A DNA stretch of 63,858 nucleotides, filler included, from Octopus bimaculoides (Eukaryota): NCBI RefSeq assembly GCF_001194135.2. It is 7 parts of 7 records of this genome, joined end to end, with 100 filler letters (N's around TTAATTAATTAA, not from the genome) between each part and the next. Parts side by side here need not be neighbours in the genome. Positions count along the whole stretch, not along the records: positions 1 to 20,711 come from NC_068993.1; 6 more parts are not named here. One strand, given 5' to 3'. Positions 1 through 12,220 of this stretch are shown piece after piece; positions within the stretch are counted from its first letter, which is position 1; each line of letters begins with the position of its first letter. Position numbers and translations under genes: made by a program. The notes below the pieces were generated by a model. That model ran no database searches and was not told the origin of the DNA. It saw only the letters and a program-made list of their open reading frames with translations.

Positions 1-174
1 TTATTGTTTTATATATTATTTTCTTCATTTTGTACTTTTTTGTACTTCTTTGTAAAAAAACATTTTCATTCTCCTTCTTCTTGATAATTTGCTTCATCGC
101 AATGAAAACCGGTTAGAAAAAATCTTTATTAAATTATGCTTCTAGTTCAGCATTCTGGCTTTGTTTCATTTTCC

Positions 175-232
<58 letters not shown>

Positions 233-234
233 CG

Positions 235-450
235 TGTATATGTATTTGAGCCTCTGTTTGCCTCCCACCACCGCTCTACAACCGGTGTTGATGCGTTTAT
301 GCCCCCGTAACTTAGCAGTTCGGCAAAATTTCTCGATAGAATGAATATTAGGCATCTAAAAAATATTACTGGAGATGATTCGTTCGACGGAAATTCTTCA
401 AGGAGGTGCCCCACCATGGGCTATCAGAAACAATAAATGATAAAAGTTTA
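235..450 (+). mobile_element. SINE family A, 3' half (follows a TA/CA microsatellite)
   Basis: Diverged match to the segment GTTTACGTCCCCGTAACTTAGCGGTTCGGCAAAA...GATAGAAT seen again at 27517-27930, 46485-46620 and 47348-47570. Confidence 0.75.
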
Positions 451-635
451 AAGATATGTTTTCTCTTTTACTTGTTCTAACCTTTGGACTGGGGTGATGC
501 TGGTGCACTGCCATGATTTTCTTTTACCTTTTATCTCTTTTGAGTCGAACGGATTGCCTTCAGTCTAATACTTATTCTAGCAGCCTCCTTGTGCAACCAC
601 TATGGGGACGTAAACAAACCATATATATATATAGA

Positions 636-750
636 CGCAGGAGTGGCAGTGTGGTAAGCAACTTGCTTCTCAACCATATGGCTCCGTGTTCAGTCGGCCG
701 GAGTCTTGTAAGTGGATTTGATAGCAGGTAACTGAAGGAAGCCTATCGTG
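636..750 (+). mobile_element. SINE family A, tRNA-like 5' head (internally deleted)
   Basis: GCAGGAGTGGCAGTGTGGTAAG A-box-like start, then GTTCAGTC and the GTGGATTTG...ACTGAAGGAAGCC body; homologous to 11556-11706 and 54563-54718. Confidence 0.7.
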
Positions 751-765
751 TGTATATATGTGTGT

Positions 766-2280
766 GAAACTGTATGGTACAAATATCAGCCACATAAAAA
801 ACAAAAACTCAATTAGACGAAATTAACCAATTTTCTATAGAAACTGGAATGAATTGTAGTGCGTCCAAATGTGCATTTTGGACAATAGAACGTGGAGAAG
901 TTGTGCCCTTTTCTGAACACGTAAAAATGAACGGCATGACAATAGAGCTTCAACAGTCAGGTGACAATTACTGGTATCTTGGATAAGAAGAGAATGTCAC
1001 ATATAATGAACTTATGTATAAGAAGAAGGCCTGGAATGAATACCCCAGGAGAGTAATGAGAACATAGTCATTAGAACTTTCAGCTTAAAACAAGAATAAT
1101 GCCCACAACACTTTTGCAGTAAATGTCTCCACGCCAAACTTTGGCCTTGTGAACTGGTCGATACAAGAACTCAATGACATGGACGTTTGACCTCACGGGC
1201 AACTTAGTGTTACAGGAAACTTCAGCATCAAAGTTGATGTGGAGAGGCTGTACTTCTCCGCTAGGATGTTGATCACAGTCTCAAATTGGCATTGATGTCA
1301 TATGAAGCACGCTGTATTGTGATACTGAAACATCTGCATCAGAGGAAAGAGACTTCTAACTATCTTGCCCGAATGTTTGTTAATGAAATCAACAACATAA
1401 TTAGGATAGCTAATGAACTTCAGGAGGTGTATGAAATAAGGGCTGATAAGGATATATCTCCAAGGAACGTTGATAAAATCTACTTATCAAGACAACAAAA
1501 TAATAAAAATGGACTATTTCATTGAGAAGACAGTACACGTGTACTTGGCACGAAAAACACAAGCCATATAAGTTACTGATCATGTCAAAAGCTTAGCATG
1601 GAGAACCAATACTTTTATGACATCCTATTTCGAAGGTGTTGTGTCGTCGCCCCCAGGCGATGAAGTAGGATCTCCCAAGGCATATAAATAGAGGTAGTCT
1701 GGCCGTGGTAGGTGTGTTGAGTAACAGTCGAGTAGCAGTTGTGTAGCGATCATCTAAAGGTGCTAGATAGCAGTAGCTTGAGGCATAACAGAAGGTTACC
1801 TCCATATAATTCAGGAAGACGTGAGCGGCACAAAGTACCTACAACATAAAAAGCAGAATTCGTTGGCAGACAAAAAAATGTAGGTTGAGATCGATGGCTC
1901 AAAAGAATATTGGTGGGACTTAGAAATTAAAACAGCCACCAATTTAAAACACAACCGTCCAGATATAGTTGTGTAGGAAGCCAAGGAAAAGATATGTTCT
2001 GCTGCGGCAATCAACTGCTCTCTTGATACGAATGTGGTCAGAAAAATACAAGAGAAAAAGGACATCTATGGACCATTAATAAGCAATTTGGAAAGCTAGA
2101 CACGAAATACATTTTTAACTTCGTACCTATTATTGTTGGAGTGACAGGATATATACACCAAGACGTCTGAACTGGGGTTCTTAGGGAGAGGACGCTAATC
2201 CTTAATTTTTATACTACAAATGATTACGATATCTAGGACAAGAGAAATCAGTAAGACCTTCTTAGGATTTAAAGGATGAT
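766..2280 (+). mobile_element. Decayed R4/Dong-clade non-LTR retrotransposon (RT C-terminus plus restriction-like endonuclease)
   Basis: Manual translation gives KLYG (766), YWYLG (969-983), VDVERLYF (1233), WWDLEIKT..LKHNRPDIVV (1911-1973), EKKDIYGPL and VPIIVG, the typical RT thumb and RLE motifs, with many stops and frameshifts. Confidence 0.85.
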
Positions 2281-2744
2281 GAACAAAACAAAACGCCTTC
2301 CTTCAGAGCTCTGCTTCCACGTAGGTGGCCAGTCAAAAGTTATTCTAAATGAAAAAATGACAACATACACGCAATCATGCATACAAGCATTTTACGTACA
2401 TGCATGCATGCGTGTACATGTATATTTGCAAGCATGCATACATTTATACTTACATACATCCTGGAGCCCTCAATGAAACTGTACAAATTTGTCAAATTTT
2501 CCAGAATTTTACCATTTATGAATGCACATGTGAAGACACGCATTTATATGCGCGTAAATACATACATAAAACAAAACATAAACTTCTGCACATGCACCTG
2601 GCTCCAGATAATGCACATATACGTACATATATGGAAAAATACCCAGTTGATGTCGGTTAAAATTCCAATGAAGAGTGATTGGGTCTCGGTTACAAACTGG
2701 CTCTTTCTCTATTGGTGAAAAATCTTGAAATAGAATTGAATAAT

Positions 2745-2781
<37 letters not shown>

Positions 2782-5399
2782 TGTTTGCTTTCTGATACTT
2801 GATTTAAATGCTTTATCCTTTGCTGCTAATGACTTCGTAGATATTTTCTCGTATTTCTGAATTGTTTTTAAATGCATATGTCAATTTTTTATCATTCCCT
2901 CCGCATCTTAAATATAAATTCTAATATCGATTGAAGGGTCGAAATTTGGTGAAAGAAAAGATGATTATATTAATCCGAGTTCTTGTCTAGTTCTTCATTT
3001 AATCCATCACAGCAGGATAAAAAGCGATGTTGATTTCAGCAGAATTTTGAAATCGCACCCTTAAGAACCGTAACTAAATACGGCAAGAAAAAAACATCAT
3101 TTCTGCTTGACACGATACTAGTTCAGCCCATATGCCAACTTTTCATTCACTAATAACTTCACAAATATGGATAAGGATGAAAATAATCCCAGTTAAATGT
3201 TTCTGTTGGTTTATGTAATTAATCATCAATTTATTGTGTTTTACTCGCATACTCTAAAGCAAAATAAAAGAACGTGCAATTCTTTGATTCGATTTAAATT
3301 TGAATAAATGTGGCAACATGTTTAGGTTGCCTTCAATCTCCATGTACACTTTGAAAGCGATTTCCGCCAGCCTCCTCTTCCTTAAAAAGATAATTATCCC
3401 ATTCTAAAAAAATATATCCGTTTTCGTACGTTCACTAATAAGCCAGTGTCATAGTATTTAATAAATCTTCGAAATTGAATGGATTGCTGATTTTTCGGTA
3501 ATTATGAACCTTTATATGTTTAGAAGAGGTTATATAGCAATGTATTTCCTCTATTTCATTGTTGTTATTTAATTATTAGAAGAGAAATGTCAATCACAAG
3601 AAACAAAAAGAAAATACAAGCATGGTTACAGATGTTTTTGGTGAGGGTCATATCCTCTAGATAATGAGATTTATTTTCATAAGGCACCGTTGCTGTATAT
3701 TTCTAGAAATAGCAATGGAAAAATGTAATGCTCATCACTCTTCTAAAGCAAGAATCGGAAACAGGTGGGAGACTGAGGAGTTCTTTGTGAGCCTAATACC
3801 TTTTATATATTTTAAAAATTTAATGTATTTGCGGGCCATTGAGCAATTGTTAGATTTTAGCTAGTCTTTTGAATAACGATTTAAGTTTTGCTTACAATTT
3901 TTGCTTTTCCAGTGACGGAAATGAGAGGCGATAATTATACAAGTAAAATATAACATACATATGAACCAATGAACAAATTCAAAAATATCAAAGCGGGCCT
4001 TTACAAAAATAACTTCGTGATCCCAGCTCTAAAGCAATTTTATTGCCAAAATTACGTAAAATGACCTTTTTCTGGAAGTGTAACATTCGTTATTTGAACT
4101 GAAATATATTTATTCTCCATATTTACGTAATAATTTTCTTGCAAATAAATTGCTTGTTTTTTTCTGAATAAGTTGTTGAGCAAAGCATGCTTAAAGGAGT
4201 GATCATTTAGTAGCCCAATACAGGTTTTTTTGTTAAAGAGTGGCTTTAACACACAGTTCATAAAATCCAACACAGAATATGTTTTGAAGAATAAATATTT
4301 TTGAATATTTTAACAAATTTATCTTCAATTTTAATAGTCCACACCAGCATATGTTTCCAATCGTGTAATGTAAATACGGTTTAGAAATTGTTTAAAATTT
4401 AATAAACTGCACCTTTTCAAAATAATTCCGTAGGCATTAACGAGGAAAAAAATAATAAAAGATTACAACCGAAAAGAATCATATCTTATTTTCTCCGTTT
4501 GCTGAATAAGACATTATCATATTAAAAATAAATGTGTTAAATGCTTTGTGATATACGTTGCAAAGACATTAAATAATCTTTTTGGTTTGTTATTTGACTT
4601 TTAATCTAATAATAAAATGAAAGGACAAAAAATGATAATGTTAAGAAGACAATTACTTGATTTGAATTTCAAAGTGTAAGCCCACATGCTTAACTCGATT
4701 TCTACCCCTTTCCTTTTATTAATACATTCCTCATGCTACGAAGATATCGAGTTATCTGACCATTTTGGCATGACATTCACCACATTAAAAGACAGTGAAA
4801 AGAAAATTAAACGGTACAGAACAATTGAACATTTTTTCTCAACATCATTTACATTGTCATCAGATTGTCAACACAGCTTTACATATGCAAATGAGTGTAC
4901 ATAATCATATTGTAGCAAAATTATGGAGAAAATAAAACAAAACTAACATCGAAAAAATTATTAATTCAAAACATTAATATATGCAAAGAATTTAATAGGA
5001 ATTTACGATATTAAATCCCACAACTACGACAGGTCCCATATAATATTAGTAGGTTCACAAGAAAATACTGGACAAAGTATCTTCAATGGAAAGTGGCAAA
5101 TGAACTGCTGTGGCACTCAAGCCTTTGCAATGAAATTCCATACGTAATAGAAAGAGAGAGAGAGACAGACAGAGAGACAGACAGAGAGACAGATAGACAG
5201 AGATTTCAGTCCAGCGCAATTAAATGTAGACCCAATTAGCCTGTATAAACCTACTATCTCGGTATCATTTCATAAGACAAATATATTATACATTTCATAA
5301 ACGATTACCAGAAAAGCATTAAAACTTAAGTTTCTTCTCTGTCGTAAGGGCGGTGCCTGAGTCAATGTCCTCAAATGATAACTGAAACAGCAATTTGAA

Positions 5400-5836
5400 C
5401 TGCGCCCAGTGTGTATTTGCAACAACATTACACATTCAGACACTCAATAAATGACATACAGACAAACAGCTCTCCACGGAGACACAAAGAAGATTTACGG
5501 TTGATCTTGTAAAGCATAAAAAGTATATATTTAAAGTCATTTGTGTGATTATCAACAAATTCGGTTATTCCTGAGGAGAGGAATAAATGCTGTCTTTTCC
5601 TGCTATTTCTATTATCACTTTTTACGGAGATGCACTTGCATAGCAAGTGACCTGATCTGAGATCGTGTGCTGGAACGAAAACAATTGCAGCGTGGAAGGT
5701 GTTTATAAGCCATTTAAAATAACACACAAAATCCGTTAGATTCACTTCAACATTTAAATTTAATTTGTCAAAATATTTTCGTCGCTTTGAGATCGCGACC
5801 TGTTCACTGACAAAATTCTGTGCTGCACAGAATTTT
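5400..5836 (-). mobile_element. Penelope-like pLTR-type repeat fragment carrying a hammerhead-like motif
   Basis: Minimal hammerhead fold at 5764-5814 (minus) next to a perfect 12-bp palindrome (5812-5836). The left boundary is approximate. Confidence 0.45.
5764..5814 (-). ncRNA. Minimal type I hammerhead ribozyme candidate with G3:C8 core variant
   Basis: Minus strand reads TTTGTCA-GTGAACA-g-GTCGC(gatctcaaa)GCGAC-GAAA-atat-TT-TGACAAA: 7-bp stem I, 5-bp stem II and self-complementary AATATT stem III. Confidence 0.6.
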
Positions 5837-5907
5837 AGTTACCTTCTGTTTTCTTATTCTAGCTGACATGCCTTCCTTACTTCCTTCATTTCTTCTTTCT
5901 TATTTAT

Positions 5908-6175
5908 AGTTTTCTACTCTAGGCACAAGGTCCGAAATTTTGGGGGAGTGGGGGGGTCAATTGATTACATCGACCCCAGTACGCAACTGGTTCTTAATTT
6001 ATCGACCCCGAATGAATGAACTCAGAACGTAAAGACAGACGAAATACCGCTAAGCATTTCTCCCGGCGTGCTAACATTTCTTATTTCTTTATTGCCCACA
6101 AGGGGCTAAACATAGACGGGACAAACAAGGACAGACAAAGGGATTAAGTCGTTTATATCGACCCTAGTGCGTAGG
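5908..6175 (-). mobile_element. SINE family B, composite (dimer) copy
   Basis: ATCGACCCCAGT..GCAACTGG..TTAATTTATCGACCCCG and GAAATACCGCTAAGCATTTC motifs; same junction as at 8600. Confidence 0.85.
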
Positions 6176-8024
6176 CTCGAAACGTTATAGACTTTTTCAC
6201 TTCCCGAGCGTTAAACTAATACATCTGTTTGTTGTCTACACCACCTGTCTTCGTCTTTTTTTTAAATTCTCCCCACCCACTATATATATATATATNNNNN
6301 NNNNNNNNNNNNNNNNNNNNNNNNNNNNNNNNNNNNNNNNNNNNNNNNNNNNNNNNNNNNNNNNNNNNNNNNNNNNNNNNNNNNNNNNNNNNNNNNNNNN
6401 NNNNNNNNNNNNNNNNNNNNNNNNNNNNNNNNNNNNNNNNNNNNNNATCTTATATATATATATATGGGTGTGTGAATAAATATCTATGTATTCTCTCACA
6501 CACTTTCATGATATGCTGGACAAGAACGTTTATGAGATCTAAATATGTTACGTATGGGACTTCATTCTGATCTATACAATTCTCCTGAATCTATCTTATT
6601 GAACAGATCATACCTGTAGCGCGCATTTTGTAACGAAAGATACATTGGCTTTCTAGCCGGAGATTGTATTGGTTTAGATTCCGAATATTGCGATTTAGGA
6701 ATACATCAATGATTGTCACATGACTCTCAATGTTGTTCTTAAGCAGTTGATGGATTGTAGCATCCTTGACATCTTTAATAATAGTCCTTTAGAAATAGTG
6801 CGTCCTGGTTTCACCATGGAAAATGAACTCGGTTATTTTTCCAATTTGACTGTCACTACTATAGGAATGTATCTCAGCATGAATTGCATTTGTATCTGGA
6901 GCATTTATAAAGGCAGAAGCTTCATAGATTCACTAGTTTCGAGAAAAGAAGCAATCTGCACCTAATGGGTTGCTTTTTTTCTATGTTCGTATTTATGCTG
7001 GATGGTGGTTTCAGACATTTTCTCCATATTGCTTTGTGTACTAAGAATAGATATATTATGCACTTTCTTTTTGTCTGTGATACACACATTTTCATTTAGT
7101 GTCAGGAGGATGGAGACATCTCATCTCCATGGACTGGATGATAGATTGCACGAAGGCTTTAAAACATTGCCATGTGTGGTTAGTGCGAACCTTTATTTAT
7201 TGAAATCAATTATATTTTTTAGTCCTTAGTATTTTCCTGGAAAAAAAGGTAAAATAGAGCATTAGCTCTTCATTGCAAGTTTGGGTCATTAATGACAGCG
7301 TTGACTAATTTGTCTCCTGGTCACCCGAAGAAGAATTTGAATCTCTTTGTTGGATGCCATCTGTGTCTGCTGCAGAATCCTATTTAGGAAAAACCAACTG
7401 CTCCCCATCACACCATGATTGTAGGATGATTTGTTTAATCTTCCAGAGGTGGTTTCAGAAAGCCCGTTCCGAAATGCTTTTTATATCATATTCTCTACTT
7501 TCAGCTTTCTTGTTGGAAGCCTGCCATGAAGTGTTATCCTGCTTCTCAACTTCTACTTAACTAACAATGATCCTATGGTCAATGTTGTCTTCATTTAAAA
7601 TGCTGATTCTTCTGCGACCAAAAGTTCTTTGTGCTGATGCCACAGCATGGCCACAGTCCAAATGACTGAAAGAAGTAAAAAGATTTTTAGAAAATAAAAA
7701 AAACATGTACGTTATAAAAAAATTTTAAGACATTTGGCTGTTATTTCTAGCATATGGAGATACCATCTAGGCTTAACTCCATGCGCTGGTGAAAAATCAT
7801 TAAAACAAATTTTGTTGTTAGTTTTGACTAAAAATGTTTCTATGTAGTGCCACAGCATGGCTGCAGTCCAATAACTGCAACATGTAAAAAGGAAAACCAA
7901 ATTCTGGGGTCGATATGTTCAAGTAAAAATTCTTCAAAGCGGTGCACAAGCGGGGCCGCAGTCTAATGACAGAAACAAGTAAGAGGAAAGAAAAAGGGGG
8001 AAAAATAATTGAAAAATATAACCG

Positions 8025-8120
8025 TGGGGCTTTTGTCAAATTTCACACTTTAACTATGGGGCTTTTGTCCGAGGGGCTTTTGTGCGTGGGGCCTTTGTCC
8101 TAGGGAGCTTTTGTCCTACA
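8025..8120. repeat. Five GGGGCTTTTGTC-type direct repeats; probable subterminal array of a non-autonomous DNA transposon
   Basis: GGGGCTTTTGTC, GGGGCTTTTGTC, GGGGCTTTTGTG, GGGGCCTTTGTC and GGGAGCTTTTGTC in about 95 bp. The partner end was not found. Confidence 0.5.
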
Positions 8121-8222
8121 CTCAATAAAGAAACCTGCGCAAGGTGCCACGCAGTGGGACTGAACCTGGATTCGATTCATGTGGTTGGGAAGCAAGCTTC
8201 TTACCACATAACCATATCTGCG
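8120..8222 (-). mobile_element. SINE family A 5' head
   Basis: Reverse complement of the GTGGTAAG..CTTGCTT..CAACCACATG..GGTTCAGTCCCACTGCGTGGCACCTTG head. Confidence 0.8.
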
Positions 8223-8286
8223 ATATATACGTATGTGTGTGTACACATACACACTCACACATAGACACACTAACACATCGAATACG

Positions 8287-8353
<67 letters not shown>

Positions 8354-8404
8354 TTATAAATGCATGAATTAATATATGTATACATATATGTAGCTAAACA
8401 ATTT

Positions 8405-8836
8405 CTTTTCTACTCTAGGAACAAGTGCCGAAATGTTGGTGGAGGGGCCAGTCGATTAGATCGACCAAAGTACGCAACTGGTGCTTAATTTATCTACCCC
8501 GAATGGATGAAAGCCAAAGTCGACCTCGGCAGAATTTGAACTCAGAACACGAAGACAGACGAAATACCGCTAAGCATTTCGCCTGTTGTGCTAACTTTTC
8601 TTATTTCTTTATTGCCCACAAGGGGCTAAACATAGAGGCGACAAACAAGGACAGACAGATGGATTAAGTCGATTACATCGACCCCAGTGCGTAACTGGTA
8701 CTTTATTTATCGACCCCGAAAGGTTGAATGGCAAAGTCGACCTCGGCGGAATTTGAACTCAGAACGTAACGGCAGACGAAATACCGCTAAGCATTATCTC
8801 CTGGTGTGCTAACGTTTCTGCCAGCTCGCCGCCTTA
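8405..8836 (-). mobile_element. SINE family B, head-to-tail dimer, young
   Basis: Minus strand begins GGCGGCGAGCTGGCAGAAACGTTAGC (A-box-like) and has GAGTTCAAATTCC (B-box-like); two monomers with different tails. Confidence 0.9.
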
Positions 8837-9089
8837 AGGTGAACATATATTGTAAATTTGCGTGTCTTAGCTTAATTTCGAGTATATGCATATTACTCTT
8901 ATGAGTTGAGATTATTTTGAAATTCCTCCAGAATTAATTTTCCTTTTAATTACCTCACTTTACGAGTAACGTCCCTCTACAATTTTTTTTTAATTGCGAG
9001 CTGTTAACTCCATCTTGCTTTCTAGCGTTTTGCTCATCGTATCGTTTATGGGGCGGGGGGAAGTATATTAGCTTTCGCATTAATATGGG

Positions 9090-9530
9090 GAACTGCTGAA
9101 TGGTTAGCACCCCCGGGCAAAATGCTTAGCGACATTGCATCGGTCTTTACGTTCTGAGATCAAATTCCACCGAGGTAAGCTTTACCTTTCAACCTTTCCG
9201 GCTAGATGAAATAAGTACCAGTTACGCACTGGAGTCGATGTAATCAACTAACTCCATCCCACCAAGTCTTCAGGCTTTTTTGCTATAGTAGAAAGGATAT
9301 TACCTTTCGCATTTCGGCGACGAGATGGCAAAACCATTAGCAGGCTGTGCAAAGTGCTTAGGGACATTACGTTCCAAGTTCAAATTCCACCGAGGTCGAC
9401 TTTGCCTTTGCGTCCTTTCCGGGTCGATAAAATCAGTGCCATTTGAGCATTTGAGTGTCGTTGTAATCAACTACATCTCGCTCCTCATAACACTGGCCTT
9501 GGGCCAAAATTTGAAATCGATTTTATCTTT
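9090..9530 (+). mobile_element. Two adjacent older SINE family B copies
   Basis: CAAATTCCACCGAGGT..CTTT..CTTTC..GG..GAT.AAAT at about 9160 and 9380. Confidence 0.8.
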
Positions 9531-11555
9531 CGCAATGGTCGGTTCAATTTCTATATAAATTAATTGGTATTTTCTCTTGTAATTAATTACGTATCGAATT
9601 CATTAAAATCAGTTTAATCCGTTCTTTAAATTAGAATTGAACTCTAGACCTTATGACAGATTTCTTATGAGTACCAGGTGTGTGAGTGCCTGTATCACAG
9701 CATGCAGTGTTTTAGTAATTGCTCGTAAATATGGCTCGTCTTTGCAGGTGTATATTATATAACTCGGAAAAGTTCGACAATGACATGCGTCACCATCGCA
9801 ATAATTCTTCATTGTTTAACAGATGCGATCATGTTTTTCTTTTCGCCATCTCCTACTTGCATTTAAATATTAATATGTAATATGAGTTCTATAGTTTCAT
9901 CTCATGAATACGATAATGTATAAATGGGAACCATTTTATATTGAATGTACTCGTTTTATTTTACAAAGACGCTATTTGGCTTCATGTTGATACTTTATCA
10001 TGTTGATATTTTCTCGGAATATTCTTAATTTTTGCTGTCATATATACTAATTTTAATTAAAATCTGGTGTTATATTTAATCTTTAAACAAAATGTATATT
10101 CAAAGAAGACATGTTTTATTTGTTTACGAAGTTCACAATGCATATGATCGTAAGTTGAAATATTCTACCGAAAATATAAAAATATATATTCATTTTCCAA
10201 AATTTTAAAACGCTTAATTGTAGTTTAATCTTAGAAGCCTAGAAGAGCTATGTCTCATTTATCTCCATTAAAATTTTTTTTGTTCAATTATTCCATTATT
10301 CATTAAATATATTTGTAATTTCAGGAAATTATTTACTTAATTACAGATATTCAGTCTCTCTTCCTGCTATTTCCTTCAAAGATAGGTCGAGATGTAAGTT
10401 TGTTGAGTTGTCTTTGTTATATGATTATACCGATACCGAATGAAAGTAACTCCCTTTAGCGACAATAATTTATACTTATTAGATGAATAAGTAAATTCAC
10501 ACCTGTCACTAATGTCAGCACATTTGTCAAAACAATTTAATAATGAATATCATCTTTACCGAACTTTGAACTAGATTATTGATGTTGCAGCCGTGGTTAC
10601 TAAGTGTTTCTGATTAGTAATGATCCATTTTGAAAGGAGTATTGTTTGTAATTATTCACCTCATCGGAATTAGAATTTCCTCTAATTCAAACAATGTACT
10701 CGTTGAGATAGCATATCCCCAAATTCCAAATTTGTATACTTTTCTTTGCCAGAGCATATCTACATCAGTGTTTACATAGTCGCGTTTGCTCTCTCTCTTT
10801 CACACACACCCACACACATGCATGCGTATATATATATATGTATATATATNNNNNNNNNNNNNNNNNNNNNNNNNNNNNNNNNNNNNNNNNNNNNNNNNNN
10901 NNNNNNNNNNNNNNNNNNNNNNNNNNNNNNNNNNNNNNNNNNNNNNNNNNNNNNNNNNNNNNNNNNNNNNNNNNNNNNNNNNNNNNNNNNNNNNNNNNNN
11001 NNNNNNNNNNNNNNNNNNNNNNNNNNNNNNNNNNNNNNNNNNNNNNNNNNNNNNNNNNNNNNNNNNNNNNNNNNNNTATATATATATATATATCGATAGG
11101 TAGATAGACACACACAGACACACATACTCACACACACACCAGGCTGCGACAAAAGTAATTTCAGATTTACAGTAGTGATATTTGACAATTTGTATCTCAA
11201 TGTTATATCATTAATTTGATACAATTTGTTGCTCAATCTTTATTTTCGTATATAGCAGATGAACATTAACTGTTTATTCCTTAATAAATAACTATGATAA
11301 TGTATAGAGAATAATTAAAATTAGACCAGTTGTACGCTATGTGCGGAATGGAATAAAGGACAATGCGTAACTATAGCGGTAAAAGAAATTAACATGGTGG
11401 AAACTGTAGGAACTGTTAGCGAACGTGTGGCACAAAACTGCTTTAAACTTTTTAAGGAAAGTGACAGTAGCCAGGAAGACTAAAAGAGAGAGGGAGAACT
11501 TTTGTTATGGAAGATGAGGCCTAGCTTGAAATGGTTGAATAACAACCAAGCTTCT

Positions 11556-11706
11556 TTCAGTTTCCCGTACCAAATCAACTCACAAGGCTTTGGTCGGCCC
11601 GAGGCTATAGTAGAAGACACTTGCCCAAGGTGCCATGCAGTAGGCCTGAACCCGGAATCATGTGGTTGGTTGGCAAGCTACTTACCACAGAGCCACTCCT
11701 ACGCCT
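11556..11706 (-). mobile_element. SINE family A 5' half
   Basis: Minus strand reads AGGCGTAGGAGTGGCTCTGTGGTAAGTAGCTTGCC...CCGGGTTCAGGCC..GGCACCTTGGGCAAGTGTCTTCTACTATAGCC. Confidence 0.9.
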
Positions 11707-12044
11707 ATCACAAACAGCAATGGCGTTGATTAAATAAAAAAAAAACATTAAGGTCCTCCTACACAAAGACTACCAGAAAGTTAAGAATATAGAGAGGCAT
11801 TGTGGACACTTGATGATAATCGGGAAATAAGTCAAGGAAGAGAGGGAAAGACAGGGCGGAGAGAAAGAGGGAGGAAGAGAGAGAGAGAGAGAATAGATGA
11901 TGGTCTTACTATTTGGCATCAGAAAGACTGGTTTAAAAATGTGCTATATATGTGTGAGATAGAAAAGCATTGGGTACTATGATCACCGAGACTGATAGCT
12001 TGAAAAAATACGTTACCTGAAATAATAGAAAACTTATGAGCATA

Positions 12045-12220
12045 TTGGTTTCAAAATTTAGCACAAGGCCAGCGTATTTGAAGGCAGAGGCTAAGTCGAT
12101 TACATCTGTGCCAGCGCTCAACTGGTATTCAATTTATCAATCTCGAAAAGATGAAAGGTAAAGTCGACCTCGGCGGAATTTCAAATCGGAAGGTAAAGAC
12201 GGACGATATGCCGCAAAGCA
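12045..12220 (-). mobile_element. SINE family B copy
   Basis: GATGAAAGGTAAAGTCGACCTCGGCGGAATTT motif. Confidence 0.8.
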
